Of a stretch of DNA of 64,000 bases, positions 37,301 to 48,300 are shown in pieces. The translations under genes and the position numbers were made by a program. Within the stretch, counting starts at the first letter, position 1; every line of letters starts with the position of its first letter. Under the pieces are notes generated by a model. That model was given only the letters and a program-made list of their open reading frames with translations. It searched no databases and was not told the origin of the DNA. The stretch is from Lama guanicoe (taxonomy: Eukaryota), in assembly GCA_013239625.1 (NCBI GenBank), contig MU053379.1, positions 2,400,866 to 2,464,865 on the forward strand, written 5' to 3'.

Positions 37301-40300
37301 CAGCTGGGCCCAACGGCTGGGAACCAGAATCCTGGTAAAAATACCAGGGCGGCCTAAATGTCCCTGCTGAGAGGTCTCGCAGCCTCTGCGCGGGCTTCAC
37401 CCACCTGGGAGAGAGTCTGGGATGTTTGCTGAGTTTGAAGTGACAGGGTTGGCCAGCGCGTTGGCCTCTTGACGTGCAGCTGGGCTCCGTGTCCTGCAGT
37501 GACGCCCGCCCCCACGACTCCCGGTTCGGTGGCCGGCCTGCTAGGCGTGCTTGGTGCCGGGGCTCGTGGACGGAAGCGTCCAGGGTAGCACTTGTGTCCT
37601 GCAAAGATGACGGTGAGGAAGAGCTTGCTCTGGTGGCCGCTCACCGGAAGCAAATAAAAAGTCCCATGGTGGGGGAGGTGTAGCTTAGCGATAGAGCGTG
37701 TGCTCAGCATGCACGAGGTCCTGGGTTCAATCCCCAGGACCTCCATTAAAATAAGTAAATAAAATACATACATACATACCTAATTAACGCCACCCACAAA
37801 AGAAGTGGCACAGCAGCGGCAGTGGGAGTCCCCGGAGGACCCAAGTGCGGTGAGCGCGGCTCCGCACCGGCCAGCAGAAGTGCATCTAAGGCCAGCCAGT
37901 GGGTACTTCTCAGTTTTCTAGTACCCACCTTTAAGAAAATTAAAGGTGAAATTCATTTTTATAATTTATTTAATGTAATATCTGAAATGTTATTTCAGTA
38001 TACAGTCAGTATTTTTCAAAGTATGAATAGAACAGTTCACCTTTTTTTTCATAGTGTTTGAAATCCAGCACATATTTTGTCCTTACAGCATGTCTCAATT
38101 AAGGCCCTAAATTTTCCGCAGAAATACACGGATCTGTATTTAATGATTTCATTAAATTTACAATCGAAAAAGTAGATACACAGACCCAAGCTCCCGACCT
38201 CCTTAGATGCGCTTCCCCATAACCGACCCGGGCGCCAGGTTTTAAATTTAAGCCGATTCACATTAAGAAAAATTGAAAATCGAGTTCGTGTGTTGCCCGA
38301 CTGGGCTTCAGGTGACTGTTGCTCCAGGGCTGGGCAGCACAGAGCTGGGGGCTGGGGGAGGGAGGAGCTGGGAGAGGAGCTGGGAGGGGCGTGGGGAGGA
38401 AGGACGAGAAGATGCAGGCAGCAGCAGACAGGCGGGGCTGAGCTCCCAGCCCCAGCCTCTCCCAGGCCTCGACCTGCCGTTCTGGGCCCCTGGGAAGGAA
38501 ACCCAGTTTAAGCAAACACAGCAAGACAGAGCTTTAGTGTGAGACTGACCTATTCCAAGTGGAAATTACAACCCTGCATTTAGCATCACCCCGGCCTCCC
38601 TCGACTGCATGGAAACCAGACCCCTCCGTCAAAGCGGGCAGGGCAGTGTGGCAGCGGCAGCCTGCGCGCCGCTCCAGAGAGCGCCGCGCGTGAGCAGCCA
38701 AGGCCAGGGTGGGGGCTTTGGAAGAATGGGCAGCAAACCACCAAGATAGACCGTCGGACTCGCACTTAACATGTGCCCAAGCGGCTCTCCTGTTTTTGCT
38801 GATGGGACCCATGAGTGTATTTTTCCTCCTTTGGGGGTTTTAATGCTGAATGTGTAAAACCAGGCAGATTGTGTAACATCCCCCAGGCCCAGCTGCTGGT
38901 CCTGCCCGTTAAAGGGGAACTGCCCGGCCCTCTGCAGAGGGCATCCCGGGAGAGGCGGACCGCAGAGGACGCTGCTGCTTTGCGGGCAGACTCCGTCTTT
39001 GTGGAGCAAGTGGGGAGCCCCGTGGCCTTTTCCGAGTTTGCACTGTAACCAATCCAGTTCCTTTTTCCTCACCTGGGGAATAGCCAGGCCCGCTCTGTGC
39101 AGTGGCTGAGCCATCTCCAGGGCTTTGAAGGCAAAAAGCCTCCGGAGCCTTCCTGCCAACCCGCAGCTGGGCCTGGCCTCATTGCTCCCCTTTCCAGTAA
39201 AGAAGGAATGCAGTTAAAGCAAAAAAAAAAAAAAGAGAAAGAAAGAAAGAAAGAAAAACACAACACTCAAGTGTAGCGCCTCCCCCTCCAGGGCCGCAGA
39301 TTGCCAGGCAAGTGTGCTTGTTGGTAAGGAACGGCCAAGTGCACTGTATTTACATTCTTGTGTTCACTGATAATGACTTTCAGATTTTTGGAGCTCTCCA
39401 GCTGACAACAACCCCCCAAACCCTCCACCTCCCCATAGGCCTCTCTGCTCAGACGGTGCCGCTCCAGCCTCCCGCCAGCTCTGCCTTATAAATGGAGTGC
39501 ATTCTATAAAAACGAGGACGCCTTCGGAGCTGGAGTGCAGCCAGACCAACGGAGCCCTGTGCTTCATTAATCCTCTCTTCTTGAAAGTGCACAGTCAGGA
39601 CCTCAGCGGAGGCCCGCGGCGGCCCTGCACCCGGACTCCCAGCGCGAATGGCACCGAGAGGCCCCGGTCCCCCCCACCCCGGCCCCCCCCGCCCACTATT
39701 AATAGTCTGCACGCCAGCCCTCAGCTGTCCAGGACCGCGGCCCCGGCGAGCATGCCGGAAACGGCCACCCATCACCAACATGGGAACGTAGCTCTCCTTG
39801 GAGCGAAACCAACCCCCGTGCCTCCACCCCGGCTGAAGAAGCAGGCTTCTTTTCTCGAGGCAGAGGGCAGCGCCAAGACCTTGACCGGCAGCCGGCCTCG
39901 CCCGGAGCCCGCGGCCGGCCCCGCGGGCAGCGCAGGTGGAGCCTGGACAGCAGGGGAGGAGGAGGAGGAGGCGGCCCCAGGGGATTGCACAAGGGCCCAG
40001 CCCGCCGCCGCTTCGGCATCCTCGTCCCGGTCCCCGTGGTGCGGCGGCGGCAGACAGAGGCTGAGTGACATGAGCCTCTCCACTTCCTCCTCCGACTCGC
40101 TGGACCTGGACCGCAGCATGCCCCTGTTTGGCTACGAGGCAGACACCAACAGCAGCCTGGAGGACTACGAGGGGGAGAGCGACCAGGAGACCATGGCCCC
40201 CCCCATCAAGTCCAAGAAGAAGAGGAACAGCTCCTTCGTGCTGCCCAGGCTCGTCAAGTCCCAGCTCCGCAAGATGAGCGGGGTGTTCAGCTCCTTCCTG

Positions 40301-43300
40301 ACGCCGGAGAAGCGCATGGTGCGGAGGATCGCCGAGCTGGCTCGGGACAAGCGCACCTACTTCGGCTGCCTGGTGCAGGACTACGTGAGCTTCCTGCAGG
40401 AGAACAAGGAGTGCCACGTGTCCAGCACCGACCTGCTGCAGACCATCCGGCAGTTCATGACCCAGGTGAAGAACTACCTGTCCCAGAGCTCAGAGCTGGA
40501 CCCCCCCATCGAGTCACTGATCCCCGAAGACCAAATAGGTGAGTGCCCACCTGCCTCTTTTTTTTTTTTTTAACTATAAAATATACTGTGGCCTGGCAGG
40601 ACAGTGCATCCCGCATTAGTTATCTTGGGGGCAGTTTTCTCCCGAGTTCAAACCAGCAGCCCGCACCACCCCCTGGACTGGTTCGAGCCAAAACACAGCT
40701 TCTTAAAGTAGACTTCACGTTGTGCCTGACTTGGCTGCTGCAGACCAGGCTTGGGTATGTTTGGGGGAGCGACTGGTGGGGACGGCAGGATGGTTCCGTT
40801 CAGGGATGGAGTGTGCCTTCTGAGGGCCCGGTTCGTGCTGTGTGTGTGACATGACTGTTGAATGTCTTGCTCAGGTGCGTCTCCGTAGGCTGTGTGTGCA
40901 CAGAAAGGTGTTCTGCTATCTTCTGAGAAGCCGTAGTTTGCTCTGCTGTGGTGGGGAGTAGCTTTTTTATGTTCAGAAGAGTGCAGAGCTCACGGTGTGC
41001 AGCTGCCTGAGTTTCCATAGCGAACACGCCTGTGTGGCAAGCACCCGCTCAGCAGAACGTGACCAGCATCTGGAAGCACCCCACCCCGGGACCCCTGCCC
41101 TGTCCTCCTCCTCCCCAAAGGGTAACCACCCTGTTGGCTTCCAATCATAGAATTCCGTAAGAAGCACTCTTCTGGAGTAAGCACAAAAAAAAAAAAAAAA
41201 TCCAGGGGAGAGGTTTGCTCTGTGTACCTTTAAAATAAGTAACATGTTTGGAGGTCACATGAAAGGTGTTTGCTCTGAAGTCAAGGGGAAATAATTCCTC
41301 TGTAACCTCATTGGAGGACTGAATTGCTGGTAGTTACTTTGGCCAAGGGAAAATTGAATTTGGCAAGCTGTCTTTTTTTCCAGGGCGAGAGTGTTCAGGG
41401 TTTTTTTTTTTTTTTTAAGAAGGTTGACTCTGAAGGGCTCGTTTCAGAGCCCTCCTCCGCTGGGTAGCAGCAGCCAAACCAGCTACCAAACAGTCACCCC
41501 GGCGGTTTCATAAAGCAAACCCCACGGTTCTTCCTTCCGACTGGGTCTGTTTGTCGAAAGTAGTAAACAGTGTGTGGTCAGAGTGCTGTCTCTCTGTCTC
41601 TCTGTCTCTGTCTCTGTCTCTCTCCTTTAAGTGAGCTTCGCAGTTCTTTGATTTTCTCACAAAGGAATCAAAGCCTTGTTTGTTTCCCTGTGGCTTGTCC
41701 CTGGGCCCACGGGGCGTGGTTACAGCAGGGAGGCTGATGACGGGTCAGCTGGAAGAAATGTGCCCCGTGAGGTGCCTCAGAGACGGAAAAGCCTTCGGGA
41801 AGACAGAGTAGCCACACAGGCCACCTGTGTCCCTGTCCCCCAGAGCCTGCCTCTTGGGGAGACCCGCTCAGACCCCAAACCTACAGGAGCAGCTTCCTCT
41901 GGGAGCGCCCGGGGGCGAGCCAGGCGGGCGCTGATGTCAGCCCTGCGCTATGTGGCTTCAGCGCCAACCAGCCCACGGAGATGGGGCTCCTCCCCGGGGA
42001 AGGAGCCTTCCCTGCCTTCCCCGCTGGTGCTGGGAGCGCCAGCCCGAGTGCTGGCCCAGGAAGCTCCTGCCAGCTTCTTTGCGGGTGCACTTCAGACAGG
42101 GTGCTTGCTTTGGGAGCACAAGGTCACATTTTCTCCCAAAACAAATTTGAGGTTGGCAGGCAGTCTGTGCCACAGACACTTTGCTGTTCCAGGAGGAATT
42201 TTAAATTTTAAATTTCAATTTAAAATCTAAGATCATATGAGGAGGGAAACTGACATCTGGGGAGCCCCTGGTTTGAGCCAGGCAGCCAGTCCAAGCACCT
42301 GCAGTGGGTCCCGGCCTCGGCCCTGTGAAGCAGGCGTCCGTGTGCAGCCAGGCAGGGCTCTGGCAGGTGCAGTCATGTGTCCCAGGGCCACACCAGCCAG
42401 GAACTAGCCCTGCAGCATTTGAACTCCCTTCTTTTCTTTTTTTAAAGTAAGTTTAATTAAGATCTTTTTTGTTGTTGCTGTTGGTTTTGATGGAGGTGCT
42501 GGGGATTGAACCCAGGACCTCGAGCATGCTAAGCATGTGCCCTACCGCTGAGCTACACCCTCCCCCCCGAACTTCCTTCTGTCTGATTCAAAGCCTATGT
42601 CTTTAGAACCTTACCCTCCGCCCCCAGCTGCCACCCGTGTTCACATTTTCTCGGCAGAAATTAAGGAGGATTGAAAAAAATGCTTAATTATGTTGTACAC
42701 CTAAAATGAATACAGTGATATATGTCCATTATATCTCAATGAAAAATTAAATTTTTTAACTAGAAAAATTAAGGGGAATTGGAAGAGTAGGCTGGCCCTT
42801 TGTGGAGGCGACTCAGATGGACGCTGCCTGTGGAGGTGTGGGTGTGGCCAGCCTGAGCATTGCCACACTTTTTTTATTGGTTTGTTTTGGTTTTTTTAAG
42901 CTTTTGCATTAGAGCAGACACTTCATCATGTGTTTTGTTTCCCCAATGAAACCATTAGTCAGTTTTGAAAGTGCGGTGGATGTGCTGGGCTTTTGAAATT
43001 AAGGGGGTGGGGCAGAGCAGAGGGTGCCCTGAGACACTCTGAACACGCCCAGCTGGAGGGAAAGATGCGGCCCTAATTATTAGAAAGCAGTGCCTGTGCG
43101 TGAGCAAGTTTAGAGTTGGACGCTGGGAAGAAAATAGGGTTAGTCTAATTGTCTGCTTTACATCTTCCTGAAAGAAGGGCTCTCAAGTTTACTAAGGATT
43201 GTTAATACAGTGACACCTTCAAGCCTCATAACCAACGCAAGTCTGGTCCATTTGTGTAGATTTTATTCATGTTTTGCAGATTCAGGAATGGAGGCCAAGA

Positions 43301-45316
43301 TGGGTGAAGTGACTTGCAGGGGGTCACTTTGCTGCTAGTAAGGAGGGAGCTTCAACCCACGTCTTGAGCCTAATCTTGAGATGACTCTCCAGGTCATCTG
43401 TTCATCCCCACCAATCTCACTTCCTGGGAGGGTGTGATTCACTTTGAACGTCACTCCGAGAATTCCAAGCCTCAAATTTCTTGTGAACAGGTGTCTACTG
43501 ATGCTTGGAAAGCTCTTCAGGAATGCCAGCTGGGGTTCTCTGCTTCAAAAACATCTTGTCCTGTCCGCCTTTCCCACAGCTTCAAACAGGGGAGCGCTGC
43601 ACTGGGAGGTGGGAATTCAGATTTAGAGCCTAGACTTACAGAATTCCATCCTGAATCAAGGAAGTTTGAAGGAGGTAGTTTGCTGGTTTAACCCACGTAG
43701 AATTAGAGCCATCATTTGTATGTAAAAAATGACCCCGTGAACACCTGTGCGTATGCGTTTGGTGTATGGATACAGTGCTAACCTGTCGTCTTCAGAGAGG
43801 GGTTCTTCCGCTGCATAGAGAAAAGCCAATGTTGTCCCACCCACTGCCATGTTGTCCAAATGCTCCTGCCACGGCCCCGGAGGTCAGCACTTTCCAGGTG
43901 AGAATACAGTGATGAACGGTCCATCTCAAGAATGAAGAACTGCCAGTCTACATGGTTGTGCCCAATTGTGGAGAATCAGAGTTCTGTTTAGACTGCTCTT
44001 TAAAGTACTTCCACACACAGCCCTGCCTTTCGGGGATTCAGGTATAAATGCCAGTGGGTTGACATCAGCTTCGCTCTCCTGGTTGGAGGATGAGACCAGA
44101 TGAGTTCCCCCAGGAGCCAACCCTCTCTGGGTTCTGGGGCCGTGTAAGTGTTTCCCTGGTGAGATGCTCTCCACCCCCCACCCTCAAAAGTGGTACATGA
44201 AGGGACAAATGGCGGCTTTAACAAGGTGTGTACAGCGTTTGGCAGCCGACTTAAAAGCCTGGGATCGGTGACTTCATCGACAGAGTGAGGTATACTCACC
44301 ACCGGTGTGTCCCGCCCTCCAAGGTGCAAACAAGTGCAGCACCACTCCTGGTCCTGACACGTGTCCCACATTGGTGGGTTCTCACATCACCGCACTCTTG
44401 CTTCAGTCCCTTTCAGCCGGTGGGAGAAATTCATCCAGACTTTCTGGTAGTGAAGTCTATACTTCGCAGAACTGATCGCATTCTTGTGGTTAGTATTTTT
44501 TATTTTATTCAAGCAAATTTTTATTCGAAAAACTTCTGATTTGATGTTAATCTTGGGAAAAGCCCTCTGTTTTCAAGTCTTTTTTCAAGAAAAGCAAAAT
44601 CTTTCCAACTCCAAACTTGTTAGTAATCCCACATGTTCTATTTCATCCAAACTGCCCACCAAAGACTATCAACAAAGATACAAAGAAGCCAGCCGTCCGT
44701 ATTCCTGAAAAGTCAGTGAAAAACAAGACAATACTGTTTTGCTTTCCTTAATTGCCATCAAAATGTGTCTTTCCTCTGAAGAGTATTTTAATTATTTGAA
44801 GAAAAAGTATCCTCAAACTCAATTCCTACATATTTCAAAGAGGATGTCAGTGTACATGTATGGGAGTTTTATTTTTTTTAATAGAGAAATGATACTGAAA
44901 TGTGGTTAGACACCAGAGAGCGTAGTGTGAATAAGAAAGGGGGTTTGAGGTCATTCCGTAGGCATTAAAAGAGTCACAACTACTTTGCTTTTTTTAATGA
45001 GCATTCAAGTCTGACTCAAGCTTCAAGATCTAGTGTGACTTGCTTTTACTTTTTAATTCATAGTTTCGTTTAAACCCTTCAGTTATTATATTACCTGCTT
45101 TTCTTTCCTTCCTCCCTTCTTTCTTTCTCTCTCTTTCTTCCTTCCTTCCTTCGTTCTTTCTTTCTTTCCTTCTTTCTTTCTTTCTTTCTTTCTCTCTCTC
45201 TCTCCTTTCTTTCTTTCTTTCCTTCTTTCTTTCTTTTCTTTCTTTCTCTCTCTTCTTTCTTTCTTTTCTTTCTTTCTTTTCTTTCCTTCTTTCTTTCCTT
45301 CCTTCTTTCTTTCTTT

Positions 45317-45378
<62 letters not shown>

Positions 45379-48300
45379 TTCCTTCCTTCCTTCCTTCCTT
45401 CCTTCCTTCCTTCCTTCCTTTCTTCCTTTCTTTCTTCTTCTTTTTTTTTTTTTTAATAAAGAGTTCTGAAAGTTGTAGCCGGAAAGGCATATTGGTGCGG
45501 AGTTGAGACTAAAACCTTGACTCTGCCTTCTGATTGCCTGGAAGGAGTGAACCTCCTTGAACGTTAACAGGGGTGGGGGGAGGAGAAAGATCGACCTCTT
45601 ACAGCGTATATATTGTTTTTGAAAATTAGTTTAAATAGAAGCCTACAGCAAGAAGCCCTTCTTTCCCCAGGGGGCATCATTTGTGGTATAATTTTTACTT
45701 AAGGGCGCCATCATTGGGTTCATTATGTTACGTCAATCAAAAGAAGGGTCACAGCGCTGGAGTTAAGAATCTCCGGCCAGGCGTCCCGACTCCCTGATGC
45801 CTGGAGCCAGGGAGCCGTAGGCTCCGGAATTCACAGGGTGGGTGGGCGTGAATGCGGACGCACGAGGAGGCGCACGAAGACACCTGCGCTAGGGTGTTTT
45901 CTGACTGTGTTCCTAGAATCTTCCAACTTGAGAGAGATAAGCACCTCCTGGACAGGAAACGAGAGGAAGCCACGTGGCAACTGAGAGCGTGACCCGAGGC
46001 GCACCTGAAGGGCCACACTGACTGGAAGCGTGGGAATCGGATTCTGAAGAGATTTACATCACTCTACTCTCGACAAAAGGACGGCTCTGATTGGCTGTTT
46101 GGCGAGGCCATCATCCCCAAGGGCGGTTCTGATTGGCTGTCTTGGCGAGGCCGGCACCAGGTAGAGGAGCCCTCGTCCCAGCCGCACGCACAGCCTTGCC
46201 GCACCGGCCTGGTCTCCCAACAGGGACCACGTCCTGCAGGCACAGCCCTGCTCCCGCGCAGACACAGCATCCACCTGGGAGGTTCTCACTTATCGTCCAG
46301 GCTCAGGGGCTTCTTTCAGAAGCCAGAAGTCACCGCCCACCTCCTCTGGCAAGTCAGAGTACGTATTAAATGCGTCCTGTTTTCAGTCGAGACGCCTGAC
46401 AGCCCCTGCAGTGGTTCCGGGAACACTGATGCATAAATCCCCTAATGCCTGGGGAGGCCCTGTTTAGTATCCTCGCTTTTACAGATGTGGAAACAAAGCC
46501 GAGCAAGGGCAGGCCAGGATGCAAGGAAGACTCAAGCCAGCTCGTGTGGTGGCTTTTCCTGCGCCCCCCGTGGCGGCCACCCCTGCACGTGGTGAAGTTC
46601 ACCCCACGCCAGAGAGCCCTGCCGTCCACGTGACTCAGTGACGGTGTTGCCCTGGATCTCCAGCCCAAGGCTGAGCTTGCCAGGTTTCTGCCCTATACTC
46701 TGTTCTTCGGAAGCAAGCCACTACATGCCAGTCACACTCCAGGGATGAGGGTAGAATTAAGCACCACCTCCCAGAGGCCAGGAGATCTACATAAATTATG
46801 TAGAATTTTTCTGTGAGGAAGATTGGTCTCTTTCCACTGCCTTCAGTTTTACCAGCCGTTTACCAGAAGGCACTGAAGTAAGTCTGCCGCGTTTCAAACA
46901 TAAGGTGTCCTATGAATGTAGTGTATGCTTTTCCGTGAAATGCCCTTCCTTGAAGCCCTCCAAACTGAACAGAAATAGAAGTGAGTAATCACCACCCCAG
47001 TGCCTGTTATTTTTATTTTGGTGTCGCCTCTGCTGGGCTGGTGGGCTCTTCCTTCCAGTGCTAAGGCATCATTTATTATTTACTATTGAAGGGCCGAAGC
47101 CTGCACTGCTGGCAGTGCTTAACCAAACCCAGGTCACAGGACATCCCTGCAGGGGCCTCTGCCAGCTGCCCCACACCCGGGCGATGCGCTCGTCACTAGA
47201 CTCACACTTTCTGTACTTTGCACAGGTAAGGAGGAGAAACATGATACTCATGTAACCACACAAAGGAAGGATTTTCAGTTCAATTCGGAAGTTGCTTCTG
47301 GAGCACATGCTACGTATGGGCCTCAGGCTCAGGGCTGCAGACAGCTCAGGTGACTCCCCCCAAGTCTGGTGTGCAGACGGCTTCTCGAGGAGAGCAGTCA
47401 GGTTTGCTCTGTGCGCGGCAGATGCAGCAAAGAACCCCGAGGATGCAGGGATGGGGAAGCCAGCCGTGCGGGGAGACAGGCAGACAAGGTTTCCCTGGGA
47501 ATCCCCGTCGGGAAAGGCGAGCAGCCCACCAGACACAGGGAGCAGCGTGTGGAAAGGCACAGAGGCACAGATGATTGCTTCCTGTTGGCTTCAGCGAAAG
47601 CATAGGCTGCTTGTTTATAGGGATGTGACGGGAAGAAGGGATGTAGGGCAGGGCAGGGCCGGGGCACATCCGGTGCCGTCTGAGTCTTCAAGGTGGTGGA
47701 GGGCACTTTAGAAAGATCACCCCAGGCAGGGTAAGAGTCAGACTTTTGAACAAGCTCTCTAGCTCAGGTAGCAAGCCATCAAATCAGATGCTGGCCAACA
47801 CCGCCTGTGATCTGCATGGTGAGCCAGGGTACCAGGAGCCTGGAGTGGGCGGACATGGAGCAAGGACAGCAGTGTGTCCCGGGCCTCCCCAGTCAGTGGA
47901 CCAAAAACCGCTGGCAGTGAACCGAATCCACCTACACGCTTGCTCATCTGAAATGGGGCTGGGGGCTCTCTGTTCCTGTCGTTCTTAAAGACATACAGCT
48001 GCCCTAGATGCTCAGCTTATCTGTGGTTTTGAGCTGTGTGGCGGGGACAGAATGAGGTTGTGACAAAACACTGGGAGTTTCAGGGCAGGAAAACCCCAAG
48101 GTTCAGATCTTCTTTGTACCTATGGATGGGAGGGGCTGAGGAAGAGTAAGAAGACAGGCGGGAGAAAGATGTACAGGAATCCTTTGGTATTTGCCAGGGG
48201 AGGGGGGCTCCAGGACCCTTCACGGATACTGGAGTCCATGGATGCTCAAGTCCCTTGTATAAAGTGATGCAGTGTTTGCATATCACCTACTCACACCCTC

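Noticed and set aside
39449..40417. 322-aa antisense ORF
   Set aside because: Shadow of the GC3-rich RIN2 exon; such codon bias leaves antisense frames open. No recognisable domain.
45086..45490. 134-aa K/E/R-rich ORF on the - strand
   Set aside because: Translation of the (GAAA/GGAA)n microsatellite.
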